From: Acidimicrobiales bacterium
Lineage (GTDB): Bacteria > Actinomycetota > Acidimicrobiia > Acidimicrobiales > SZUA-35
NCBI GenBank assembly: GCA_047974625.1
Contig: JBKECK010000068.1
Span: 68,714-132,713, forward strand
DNA: 64,000 nucleotides
Reading direction: 5' to 3'
How positions within the stretch are numbered: position 1 is the stretch's first letter; each line of letters opens with the position of its first letter. Shown here piece after piece: positions 34,284 to 43,216 of the stretch. Position numbers and translations under genes: made by a program. Under the pieces are notes generated by a model that did not search any database, was not told the DNA's origin, and saw nothing but the letters and a program-made list of their open reading frames with translations.

Positions 34284-35269
34284 CCCCGGCGGGTCCCGCG
34301 GGCCGGGCCGGGCCGGAACCGGGACCGATCGCGGTGACGGTGGTGGGTGGCTATCTCGGTGCGGGCAAGACCACCCTGGTCAACCGGGTCCTGGCCGGGG
34401 CCGACGAGCGGATCGCCGTGCTGGTCAACGACTTCGGGGAGGTCGTGGTGGACGACAGCCTGATCGTGGCCCGCGACGGTGCCACGATGACCCTGGCCAA
34501 CGGGTGCATCTGCTGCAGCCTGGTGGACGGTTTCGCCGCCGCGCTCGACCGGGTCAGGCGGGCCGAGCCCCGACCCGACCGGCTGCTGGTGGAGACCAGC
34601 GGAGTATCCGACCCGGCCACCGTGGCCGCCTACGCCACCGTCCCCGGTTTCGTCCTGGACGGGGTGTTGGTGATGGTCGACGTGGAGACCGTCCGCCGCC
34701 ATGCCACCGACCGGTACGTGGGCGACATGGTGCTCCGCCAGCTCCGCTCGGCCGATCTGCTGGTGGTGAACAAGGCCGATCTGGTACCCGCCGACCAGCG
34801 GGCGGGGGTCCAGACCTGGCTGGCGGGCCAGGCCCCCGGTGTCCACCAGGTGGCCGGGGTGGCGTGGCGCCTCCCCCTGTCGATGGTGCTGGGCCCGCCC
34901 GGGCTCACGGCCCCGACCGGCCGCGGCCCCGGCCCCGCCGACCATGACCACCACGACGAGCACGGTGCCGGCGAGCACGGGTTCCGTTCCTGGACCCGAC
35001 GGTGGGAGCACCCCCTCGACCGGCGCCGGTTGGAGACCGCCCTGTCCGAGCTGCCCGGCGACGTCCACCGGGTCAAGGGCCCCGTCCGTCTCCGCCCGGG
35101 CCCCGGTGACGAACCGGGCCGGTGGGTGCTGGTCCAAGCGGTGGGGGCCCGGTGGGGGTTGTCCCCGTTCACCCCGGGTGGTCGCCCCGACGGACCGGGC
35201 ACCCTGGTGGTGGTGGGCACGACCGGGGCCGACGGGGACGCCTGGCTCGACCGTCTCGGGGACGCCTGA
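34280..35269 (+). CDS. CobW/G3E-family metallochaperone GTPase
   Basis: Hidden inside an 816-aa shadow ORF. P-loop GGYLGAGKTTL, metal motif GCICCS, ETSGVSDP, NKADL, and a His-rich patch DHDHHDEHGAGEH. GTG 34280 overlaps the amidohydrolase TGA. Confidence 0.8.
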   Translation: MTPAGPAGRAGPEPGPIAVTVVGGYLGAGKTTLVNRVLAGADERIAVLVNDFGEVVVDDSLIVARDGATMTLANGCICCSLVDGFAAALDRVRRAEPRPDRLLVETSGVSDPATVAAYATVPGFVLDGVLVMVDVETVRRHATDRYVGDMVLRQLRSADLLVVNKADLVPADQRAGVQTWLAGQAPGVHQVAGVAWRLPLSMVLGPPGLTAPTGRGPGPADHDHHDEHGAGEHGFRSWTRRWEHPLDRRRLETALSELPGDVHRVKGPVRLRPGPGDEPGRWVLVQAVGARWGLSPFTPGGRPDGPGTLVVVGTTGADGDAWLDRLGDA

Positions 35270-35374
35270 CCCGACCCGACCAGGCCCCCGGTTCGACGGC
35301 GCAGGAAGGCCTCGGTGCCGGTCCTCATCGGGCCCCGGGGCCTCATCCCGCGCCCCGACTCCCCGACCGGGGCC

Positions 35375-35851
35375 TCATCCGGGGTCGGTGAAACCGACCC
35401 GGACGTGGCTCCCGTCGCAGAACGGCTTGTTGTCACTCGCCCCGCAGCGACACAACGCCACTCGGTCCGCGGTCCTGATCAGCTCGCCCTCGTTGGTGCG
35501 GACCTCTACCGGCCCCCGCACCACGTTCGGTCCGTCGGCCATGACGGTGACGACGACGGCAGCCCCGGCCGGCTCGTCGGCGGCCGTGCCGGCCGACGCG
35601 TCTTCCGTGGCGTCCGTTCCCCCCGGACCGGTCCGGGTGTAGGACAAGGCCCCGCTCGGGCAACGGTCGATCGCGGCGGCGATGTCGTCGGCGTCGGCCG
35701 CGTCGACGACGATCCACGGCCGCTCCTCCGGCTTGAACACCTGGGGCAGGGCCCGGGTGCATTCGGCGGAATGCTGGCAGATGTCGGGCTGCCAGTGCAC
35801 CACGATGCCCGGAGCCGTGTAGTCGTGAACCACCGGTTGTTCGTTCCCCAT
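35375..35851 (-). CDS. Iron-sulfur protein: divergent 4Fe-4S mono-cluster domain fused to a CDGSH zinc-finger-type 2Fe-2S domain
   Basis: HWQPDICQHSAECTRALPQVF...IDRCPSGALSY, then CRCGASDNKPFCDGSH. ATG 35851 (MGNEQP) is the plausible start. Confidence 0.7.
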   Translation of the reverse strand: MGNEQPVVHDYTAPGIVVHWQPDICQHSAECTRALPQVFKPEERPWIVVDAADADDIAAAIDRCPSGALSYTRTGPGGTDATEDASAGTAADEPAGAAVVVTVMADGPNVVRGPVEVRTNEGELIRTADRVALCRCGASDNKPFCDGSHVRVGFTDPG

Positions 35852-35967
35852 CGCTTGATCGTAGGTCAACGGTCGGCACCCGGCCCTGGAACGGGCCGCC
35901 CACCGGTCGGGGCCGGCCGGTTCGGTCAACTGGGAGCCCACCGACCGGGTGCCGTAGGGTCGACCCC

Positions 35968-37101
35968 ATGCCACTGAACGTGATCGGCATGATCGGAGTG
36001 ACCCGCCCGACCGGTGGCGCCACCGTCCACGTGATCGACGGCGGCGTCTCCCCGGAGCACCTGGTGGAGTACGCCCAGATCCACGAACGGGCCGGCTTCG
36101 ACCTCGTCCTCGTGGGGTACACGTCCACCTCGGCCGACGGCTGGACGGTGGCCACCCACGCCGCCGCCCACACCGACCGGCTTGGTTACCTGATCGCCCA
36201 CCGTCCGGGGTTCGTCTCCCCCACCCTCGCCGCCCGGAAGGCGGCCACCTTCGACCGTCTCAGCCGGGGCCGCTTCGCCCTGCACATCATCGCCGGGGCC
36301 AGCGACCGCGACCAGCGGCGGGACGGCGACCATCTCGACAAGGCGGGCCGGTACGCCCGGGCGGCCGAGTACATCGACGTGATGCGGGCCACGTGGACGG
36401 CAACCGAGCCGTTCGACCACGACGGCACGTACTACCAGATGTCCGACGTCCGCTCCGACGTACTCCCCTACCAGCAGCCGGCCCCACCGATCTTCTTCGG
36501 CGGATCGTCCACCGAGGCCGTTGAGATGGGCGCGGCCCGGTGCGACGTCTACGCCCTATTCGCCGAACCCCGGGCCGAGATCGCGGCCCGGTTCGACGAC
36601 TACCGGGCCCGGGCCGCTCGGTACGGCCGGTCGGCCTCGTTCTCCCTCAGTGTCCGACCCATTCTCGGCGCCACCGAAGGCGAGGCGTGGGACCGGGCCA
36701 ACATCATCCTCGCCGGCATCGAGGGGGATGGGGCCGATCGACCCGCCCCGACCGGGGCGGCGGCCTCGGCCCCCAGCCGGCCCCGCCGGGCGTTCGACCA
36801 CAGTGGCGAGCGGATGCTGGCCCACGCCGCGGCGGCGGACGTCCACGACGAACGGCTGTGGATGCGGATCGCCGCGGCCACCGGGGCGCCGGGCAACACC
36901 TCGTGCCTGGTGGGGACGGCCGAACAGGTGGCCGACTCGCTACTCGCCTACTACCGGCTGGGGGATCTCAGCCACATCCTGATCCGTGGCTTCGACCCTC
37001 TGAACGACGCCACCGAGTTCGGTGAGGAACTCATCCCCCGCCTCAAGGCCGGGGCCCTGGCTATCGACGCCGAACCCCCGACCGCAGGAGGGACCCCATG
37101 A
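35968..37101 (+). CDS. LLM-class flavin-dependent monooxygenase (luciferase-like)
   Basis: ERAGFDLVLVGY...LIAHRPGFVSPTLAARKAATFDRLSRGRFALHIIAG; SsuD/NtaA-like layout. Confidence 0.75.
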   Translation: MPLNVIGMIGVTRPTGGATVHVIDGGVSPEHLVEYAQIHERAGFDLVLVGYTSTSADGWTVATHAAAHTDRLGYLIAHRPGFVSPTLAARKAATFDRLSRGRFALHIIAGASDRDQRRDGDHLDKAGRYARAAEYIDVMRATWTATEPFDHDGTYYQMSDVRSDVLPYQQPAPPIFFGGSSTEAVEMGAARCDVYALFAEPRAEIAARFDDYRARAARYGRSASFSLSVRPILGATEGEAWDRANIILAGIEGDGADRPAPTGAAASAPSRPRRAFDHSGERMLAHAAAADVHDERLWMRIAAATGAPGNTSCLVGTAEQVADSLLAYYRLGDLSHILIRGFDPLNDATEFGEELIPRLKAGALAIDAEPPTAGGTP

Positions 37102-37565
37102 CGTCATCCGCCAGCAACCAGCCCACCAGCAACCAGCCCACCGCCGACCGGACCGCCTCGGACCGGGCGGCCGTCGAACAGCTCCTGGCCACCTACAACA
37201 TGGCTATCGACCTGGGCGACATCGACACCTGGGTCTCGTGTTTCACCGACGACGGCGAGTTCGTGTGCGACGGCCTCCCCGAGGGTGCCCCCCTCGGCGG
37301 GCTCCACCGCGGCAAGGACGCCCTCCACGCCTACGGCCGGACCCACTACGGGATCAACAAGGGACGGGCCCGGCACTGGAACTGGAACCTGCTGCTCGAC
37401 GTCGACGGCGACACCGCCACCCTCCAGTGCTACCTGAACGCCTGCTCGGCCGGCCAGGGCGACTCGGCCACCCTCCGCTCCACCGGGATCTATCGGGACC
37501 GGCTGGTCCGCACCGCGGACGGCTGGCGCTTCCGGCGCCGCCACGTCACCATCGACCCGGCCTGA
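37098..37565 (+). CDS. SnoaL-like / NTF2-fold protein
   Basis: AVEQLLATYNMAIDLGDIDTWVSCFTDDGEF...YRDRLVRTADGWRFRRRHV. ATGA overlap with the LLM gene. Carries a 15-nt x2 repeat (37113-37142, SNQPT x2). Confidence 0.6.
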   Translation: MTSSASNQPTSNQPTADRTASDRAAVEQLLATYNMAIDLGDIDTWVSCFTDDGEFVCDGLPEGAPLGGLHRGKDALHAYGRTHYGINKGRARHWNWNLLLDVDGDTATLQCYLNACSAGQGDSATLRSTGIYRDRLVRTADGWRFRRRHVTIDPA

Positions 37566-37705
37566 CCCCGGCCCTCGCCCCACGCCGGAGCGTCGCCCGA
37601 CCCGGTCGGGTGGCGGGTCCTGCGGACACGTGCCACCATCGGGCCCGGCCTGAGCCCGCGGCTCATCGCCATCGGACCGAATCTCCACAACCGCTGAGGT
37701 ATCCC

Positions 37706-37972
37706 GTGGCCGCACTCGTCATGTTCCTCGTCGTGGGCCTCGTCGCCGGCTACCTGGCTCGGGCGATCCTCCCCGGCCCCGATCAGGTATCCCTGCTCGG
37801 CACCCTGGTCCTCGGCCTGATGGGATCGTTCCTGGGCGGGTTCGCCGGCTTCATCGCCTTCGGCTACGACCTCTCCGACGGGGCCATCGAGGCCTCCGGA
37901 GTCGTGGGCTCCGTGATCGGCGCGGTGATCGCCCTGCTGATCTACCGGGGCGCGGTCAGCGACCACGCCTGA
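37706..37972 (+). CDS. GlsB/YeaQ/YmgE-family small membrane stress protein
   Basis: 88 aa; VAALVMFLVVGLVAGYLARAILPG...LGTLVLGLMGSFLGGF...VVGSVIGAVIALLIY. GAGG lies 6 nt upstream of GTG 37706. Confidence 0.7.
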   Translation: MAALVMFLVVGLVAGYLARAILPGPDQVSLLGTLVLGLMGSFLGGFAGFIAFGYDLSDGAIEASGVVGSVIGAVIALLIYRGAVSDHA

Positions 37973-38053
37973 GACCCGTCTCGGGCGGTTCGCCGCCGAC
38001 GTCGACACCGGCCCCAGCGGCCTTCCGGGACCGACCGGTGAGGTTGAGCCGGG

Positions 38054-38650
38054 CTAGGCCTCCGAACCCGCCGGCGCCGCATCGACCGGCAGGAGGCCGG
38101 CCGCCCGCCCCACCTCGGCGTACCGGGCAGCCAGGGAGTCGACGGTCTCGTGGGCGTTCAGACCACTCGGGTTGGGCACCACCCACAGCTCGGCCCCGGC
38201 CAGGTCGTGGGGTTGCCGGCCGAGCTTCGCCCGCCGTTCACCGAACGCGGTGCGGTAGGCGGTCACCCCGGCCACCGCCACCACGACCGGCCGCCAGGAG
38301 GCCGCCCTGGTGGCCAACCGTGCCCCACCGGCGCGGAGCTCCTCGGCGGTCAGCTCACTGGCCCGGGCCGTGGCCCGCGGTGCCAGGTTGGTGATACCGA
38401 TACCCCGCTCGATCAGGGCGGCCCGGTCGGTGTCGTCCATTCCGGCGGCCGGATCGACCGGTTGGTCGATGAGACCGGCCGCCGACAGGGCCGGGTAGAA
38501 GCGGTTCGACGGATGGGCGAAGTGGGTCTGGGTGGCCGCGGTCCACAGGCCGGGGTTGATCCCGACGAAGAGAAGCCGCAGGCCCGGCCCGACCAGATCG
38601 GGCACGGTCGTGTCCCGGTAGCGCTCGAGCTCCGCCTTGGTGTAGCCCAT
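38054..38650 (-). CDS. mug: G/U mismatch-specific uracil-DNA glycosylase (UDG family 2)
   Basis: LLFVGINPGLWTAATQTHFAHPSNRFYPAL...GIGITNL...VVPNPSGLNAH. Confidence 0.8.
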   Translation of the reverse strand: MGYTKAELERYRDTTVPDLVGPGLRLLFVGINPGLWTAATQTHFAHPSNRFYPALSAAGLIDQPVDPAAGMDDTDRAALIERGIGITNLAPRATARASELTAEELRAGGARLATRAASWRPVVVAVAGVTAYRTAFGERRAKLGRQPHDLAGAELWVVPNPSGLNAHETVDSLAARYAEVGRAAGLLPVDAAPAGSEA

Positions 38651-38688
38651 AGGAGGACCCTAGCTCCGAGCCTGGAGACAGAAGACCA

Positions 38689-40023
38689 GTGGCTGACCGC
38701 ACCGCCCTTGTCAACGACACGAGCCCTCACAACGACACGAGCCCTCACAACAACACGAGCCCGTCCGGCCGGCGCGTCGCCGGGTCGCCGGCCGGCGGGA
38801 TCGGGGCGGAGGCCGACGCCTGGCTGGCCGCCAACTGGGATCCGGAACTCCCCCTCGGGCTCTGGTGGCGCCGCCTGGCCGAGTCCGGCTGGGGCTTCCC
38901 CCACTTCCCGACCGAGTGGTTCGGACGAGGGCTCAACCCCGCGGCCGAGGCGGAGACAGCGGCCGCGATCCGTCGGGCGGGTGCCTTCGGCCCACCCCGG
39001 GGGATCGCCACCATGATGGTGGCTCCGCTCCTGTTGGAGATCGGGACCGAGGAGCAGAAGCGGGCCTGGCTACCCGGCATCGTCACCGGCGCCGACGTCT
39101 GGTGCCAGTTGTTCTCCGAACCGGGGGCCGGATCCGACCTGGCCAGCCTGAGCACCCGGGCCGAGCTCGACGGCGACCAGTGGGTAGTCAACGGGCAGAA
39201 GGTCTGGACCTCGGGCGGCCACTACGCGGAGCGGGCCATCCTGGTGGCCCGGACCAACCCCGACGTACCCAAGCACCGGGGTCTGACCTTCTTCGCGATC
39301 GAGATGAACCAGGCGGGGGTGGAGCCCCGTCCGCTGGTCCAGATGACCGGCGACGCCGAGTTTAATGAGGTGTTCCTCACCGACGCCACCGTCCCGGTCG
39401 GCCACGTCATCGGCGAGGTCGACCACGGTTGGGGCGTGACGCTCCAGCTCCTCTCCCACGAGCGGGGCTCCCTGGACCCCGACGCCGAATCGGGCCTCCA
39501 GCACGCCCTCGACCTGGACCAACCGGCCGGCCGCTACGCCTCCGGTGAGCTGAACGACGGCACCCGGGGCTTCATGCCCAAGGCGGGCGAGGCATGGGCC
39601 CTGTTGGTTGACCTGCTGCGCCGGGGCGGGGCCCTGAACGACCCGGTCCGCCGCCAGCAGGCCATGGAGATCTGGTCGCGGTTCGAGATCGCCCGCTACC
39701 ACGCCCTGCGGGTGGCCACCGCGGCCCGGGCCGGCTACGAACCCGGCCCGGAGATGTCCCTCACCAAGCTGGCCGCCGGTGACCTGATGCGTCGCTGGCG
39801 TGACCTCGCCCTCGCCGCACTCGGACCGGCCGGGACCCTGGCCGGCCCCGATGCCCCCGAGGGCGGGCTGGTCACCCAGGTCGCCCTGTCCATCTGCGGG
39901 ATGTCGATCGCCGGCGGGACCGATGAGATCCAGCGGAACATCGTGGGCGAACGAGTCCTCGGCCTCCCGGCCGAGCCCCGGGTCGACAAGGATCAGCCGT
40001 TCTCGGCCACCCGGCGGGCCTGA
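38689..40023 (+). CDS. Acyl-CoA dehydrogenase family protein
   Basis: WCQLFSEPGAGSDLASLSTRAELDGDQWVVNGQKVWTSGG...; C-terminal GGTDEIQRNIVGERVLGLP. An N-terminal 18-nt repeat (38713-38766) encodes NDTSPH x2-3. Confidence 0.8.
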   Translation: MADRTALVNDTSPHNDTSPHNNTSPSGRRVAGSPAGGIGAEADAWLAANWDPELPLGLWWRRLAESGWGFPHFPTEWFGRGLNPAAEAETAAAIRRAGAFGPPRGIATMMVAPLLLEIGTEEQKRAWLPGIVTGADVWCQLFSEPGAGSDLASLSTRAELDGDQWVVNGQKVWTSGGHYAERAILVARTNPDVPKHRGLTFFAIEMNQAGVEPRPLVQMTGDAEFNEVFLTDATVPVGHVIGEVDHGWGVTLQLLSHERGSLDPDAESGLQHALDLDQPAGRYASGELNDGTRGFMPKAGEAWALLVDLLRRGGALNDPVRRQQAMEIWSRFEIARYHALRVATAARAGYEPGPEMSLTKLAAGDLMRRWRDLALAALGPAGTLAGPDAPEGGLVTQVALSICGMSIAGGTDEIQRNIVGERVLGLPAEPRVDKDQPFSATRRA

Positions 40024-40048
40024 CCCCGGCCCGGGGTCCGGCGGCCGG

Positions 40049-42433
40049 TCAGCTCAGGATGGGGAGTTCCTCCACGGCGGACACCTCCACCGGGCCGCCG
40101 CCGACGTCAACGACCACCGGGGGACCGTCGAGCACGGCCACCGACACGGTCCCGTGCCCCACCGTCACCTCCAGGAGGGATCCCTGCCGCAGGAGACGGA
40201 ACCGCATTCCCGCCCACGACTCCGGTAGCCGAGAGACGAACCGGAGGCCCTCGCCCCAGTCGTTCATCCCGGCGAAGCCGTACACGATCGCCGCCCAGAC
40301 CCCGCCGGCGTTGGCCACGTGCACCCCGTCGGCGGTGTTGCCGTGGGTGTCGAGCAGGTCGAGGTAGAGCGACTGGTGGAAGTACTGGAGGGCCAGGTCG
40401 GGGAAGCCGACCTCGGCGGCCACGATCGACTGGACGCACGCCGACAGGGACGAGTCCCCCGTCGTCATGGGGTCGTAGTACTCGAAGTTGCGGCGCTTCT
40501 GGTCGAGGCTGAAGTGGTCACCCTGTTGGAACATGGCCAGCACCACGTCGGCCTGCTTGAGGACCTGGTGACGGTAGATGACCAGCGGGTGGTAGTGGAG
40601 CAGAAGGGGGTACTTCTCCGGCGGGGTTCCGGCGAAATCCCACGGCTCGAGGTCCAGGAAGGCGTCGTCCTGGGGATGGATGCCCAGACCCTCGTCGAAG
40701 GGGAGGAACATGGCGTCGGCGGCCGCCCGCCACCGTCCGGCCTCGTCGGGGGTCAGGCCCGTGGCCCGCTGGAGGGCCTCGTACCCGCTCGGATCCACCT
40801 CGGCCAACAGATCGACGGCGTCGGCGGCGTAGCGGAGGTTGAACCGGGCCATCACGTTCGTGTACAGGTTGTCGTTGACGACCGTGGTGTACTCGTCTGG
40901 GCCGGTGACCCCGTGGATGCGGAACACCTCGGCCCCGTTGACGGCGTAGAACCCGAGGTCGTCCCAGAGCCGGGCCGTCTCCACCAGCATCTCAGCCGCC
41001 TCGCCCCGAAGGAAGTCGTAATCGCCCGATCCGGTGACGTACCGGTGGATGGCCAGGGCGATGGCCGCGTTGATGTGGTACTGGGCCGTCCCGGCCGCGT
41101 AGTAGGCGGACGCCTCCTCACCGTTGATCGTCCGCCACGGGTACAGGGCCCCGCGCTGGGACAGCTCCACCGCCCGGGTCCGGGCCGCGTCGAGCATGTG
41201 GTACCGGAACCGCAGCAGCTTCCGAGCCGCGTTGGGGTTCGTGTAGGCCAGGAACGGCACGACGTAGGCCTCGGTGTCCCAGAAGTAGTGGCCGTCGTAG
41301 CCGCCGCCGGTGACCGCCTTGGCCGCCACCCCCTGCTCGTTGGTGCAAGCCGAGGCCTGGGCCAGCTGGAACAGGTTCCAGCGCACGGCCTGCTGGGCGG
41401 CCGGGTCGCCCTCGATCTCCACGTCCGCGGTCCGCCAGAACTGGTCGAGCCATTCGGTCTGGGCGGTCCGCAGGCGTTCCGTCCCGTACGTGCGGGCCCG
41501 GCGGAGGGTCCGGCCACAGCGGTCGGCCAGCTCCTCGGCGGGCACCCCGCGCGAGGAGTGGTAGCTCACGTACTTGGTGATCCGGATCGGGGAGCGGGCC
41601 ACCCCGTCGATGGTGAACACGGTCTTGGCATGGTCGGCGTCGACGTTGGTCTCGACCGTGGTGGCACAGCCGGCGTCCAGCTCGTGCTGGTAGCCGCAGG
41701 CCAGGGTCATCCCGCTTTCGGCCGTCCGGTAGCCGAGCACCACTTGGCCGCCACAATCGGCCTCGTCGGCGAGCCGGTGGAGACGGGGCAGCAGGACCCG
41801 ACGGTCGAACCGGCGGGCCTGGCGGGGGTCGGCACCCTCCCCTAGGGCGGCCGAGCGGACGTGGTACTCGTCCTCCCCGTCCTGCCGGTTCTGGAGCTGG
41901 GACGACACCAGCACCGGGGCGTCGCCATCAAGCAGTTCGAGCTCGAGGGTGAGCACGGCGAGGTGCCGTTGGGCGAGACTGACCATCCGGGTGGTGACCA
42001 CCCGGATGCGCTTGCCGGACGGGGTGCGCCACACCAGTTCCCGCCGGTACAGGCCCCGCCGGAAGTCGACGGAACGTTCGTACTCGTCGAGGTCGGCCTC
42101 GCCGAGCAGCAGGGGTTCGTCGTCGACGTAGAGCTTCATCAGCTTGGCGTCGGGCACGTTGACGATGGTCTGGCCCGTCTTGGCGAAGGCAAAGGCGCTC
42201 TCGGCATGGTGGATCGGCCAGGTCTCGTGGAACCCGTTCAGGTAGGTGCCGTGGGTGTGGGCGTCCCGGCCCTCGGCCGGGTTGGCCCGCATCCCCAGGT
42301 AGCCGTTGCCGACGGCGAACAGGGTCTCGGTGAGACCGAGATCGTCGAGGCTGACCTCGCTCTCCACCAGGGCCCAGGGGTCGACGGGGAACCGATGGGC
42401 GGGCAGACCGAGCGGGTTGGCCAGGCGAGCCAT
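40049..42433 (-). CDS. Glycoside hydrolase family 65 phosphorylase (maltose/trehalose/kojibiose phosphorylase type)
   Basis: From ATG 42433: MARLANPLGLP...ETLFAVGNGYLGMRANPAEG...TYLNGFHE. The catalytic region is visible (GYDGHYFWDTEAYVVPF). The 160-codon upstream extension in the track overlaps the beta-PGM gene and is Arg/Gly junk. Confidence 0.85.
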   Translation of the reverse strand: MARLANPLGLPAHRFPVDPWALVESEVSLDDLGLTETLFAVGNGYLGMRANPAEGRDAHTHGTYLNGFHETWPIHHAESAFAFAKTGQTIVNVPDAKLMKLYVDDEPLLLGEADLDEYERSVDFRRGLYRRELVWRTPSGKRIRVVTTRMVSLAQRHLAVLTLELELLDGDAPVLVSSQLQNRQDGEDEYHVRSAALGEGADPRQARRFDRRVLLPRLHRLADEADCGGQVVLGYRTAESGMTLACGYQHELDAGCATTVETNVDADHAKTVFTIDGVARSPIRITKYVSYHSSRGVPAEELADRCGRTLRRARTYGTERLRTAQTEWLDQFWRTADVEIEGDPAAQQAVRWNLFQLAQASACTNEQGVAAKAVTGGGYDGHYFWDTEAYVVPFLAYTNPNAARKLLRFRYHMLDAARTRAVELSQRGALYPWRTINGEEASAYYAAGTAQYHINAAIALAIHRYVTGSGDYDFLRGEAAEMLVETARLWDDLGFYAVNGAEVFRIHGVTGPDEYTTVVNDNLYTNVMARFNLRYAADAVDLLAEVDPSGYEALQRATGLTPDEAGRWRAAADAMFLPFDEGLGIHPQDDAFLDLEPWDFAGTPPEKYPLLLHYHPLVIYRHQVLKQADVVLAMFQQGDHFSLDQKRRNFEYYDPMTTGDSSLSACVQSIVAAEVGFPDLALQYFHQSLYLDLLDTHGNTADGVHVANAGGVWAAIVYGFAGMNDWGEGLRFVSRLPESWAGMRFRLLRQGSLLEVTVGHGTVSVAVLDGPPVVVDVGGGPVEVSAVEELPILS

Positions 42434-43170
42434 CAGGACTCCCCGCCCGTCGACCGAGCCGGGGCGCCGAGCGTTTCGCCCAGATCGTCGATGACCAGGT
42501 CGGCTCCGGCCTTGACCAGGGCGTCGTGGTTCCCGCCCCGGTCCACCCCGAGGACCAACCCGAAGTCGCCGGCCGCGCCCGCGCTGACCCCGGCCACCGC
42601 GTCCTCCACCACCACCGATCCGGGGGTGGGGACGTCGAGCAGGCGGGCGGCGAACTCGAACATCTCGGGCGACGGCTTGCCCGCCAGTTCCTCCTGGGCG
42701 GCGGTCACCCCGTCCACCACCACCTCGAACCGACCGGCCAACCCGGCCGCAGCCAGGACCGGCCGGGCGTTGCGGGAGGAAGACACCACCGCCTGGGGGA
42801 TCCCCATCCGGTCGAGGGTGTCCATCACCGCGATGGTGCCGGGGTAGGGGGCGATCCGGTCTCGGGCCAGGATGGCGTTGAACAGTTCGTCCTTGCGGTT
42901 CCCGAGGGCGCACACCGTCCCGTCGCCGGGGGCGTCATCCGGCCCGCCCCAGGGGAGGTGGATGTCCCGGGAGACGAGGAACGCCCGCACCCCCTCGTAA
43001 CGAGGTTTTCCGTCGATGTGGGTCAGATAGTCCTGGGAGGTGTAGCCGTAGTCGGCGAACAGCTCACCCCAGGCCCGTTCGTGGATTTCCGCGGTCGGGG
43101 TGATCACCCCGTCGAGGTCGAACAGGACCGCTTGGTATCGCTCCCACTCCACCGTGGTCAGGCTGGGCAT
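42433..43170 (-). CDS. pgmB: Beta-phosphoglucomutase (HAD superfamily)
   Basis: AVLFDLDGVITPTAEIH...; SSSRNA...; VVEDAVAGVSAGAAG. Its stop overlaps the GH65 start by 1 nt. Confidence 0.8.
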   Translation of the reverse strand: MPSLTTVEWERYQAVLFDLDGVITPTAEIHERAWGELFADYGYTSQDYLTHIDGKPRYEGVRAFLVSRDIHLPWGGPDDAPGDGTVCALGNRKDELFNAILARDRIAPYPGTIAVMDTLDRMGIPQAVVSSSRNARPVLAAAGLAGRFEVVVDGVTAAQEELAGKPSPEMFEFAARLLDVPTPGSVVVEDAVAGVSAGAAGDFGLVLGVDRGGNHDALVKAGADLVIDDLGETLGAPARSTGGES

Positions 43171-43216
43171 GGCGGATCAGTGTAGGGAACCGTCGTTTCC
43201 TGGGGGTGACGCGCGC

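Noticed and set aside
32034-35269. Very long ORFs of 696 aa (32034-34124, minus) and 816 aa (32819-35269, plus)
   Set aside because: Both are Arg/Gly/Pro-rich shadow frames of the amidohydrolase and CobW genes. The real genes, with clear HxH, P-loop and GCICCS motifs, occupy another frame.
42434-42913. N-terminal extensions of track ORFs: the 160-codon extension of GH65, and similar extensions at 12458-13624, 22099-23358, 21293-22219, 23157-24095, 54808-57261, 27392-28771 and 37022-37972
   Set aside because: The extensions overlap the upstream gene, are Arg/Gly/Pro-rich, and bypass internal starts that have SD sequences, signal peptides or GTGA/ATGA coupling. Shorter gene models were adopted.
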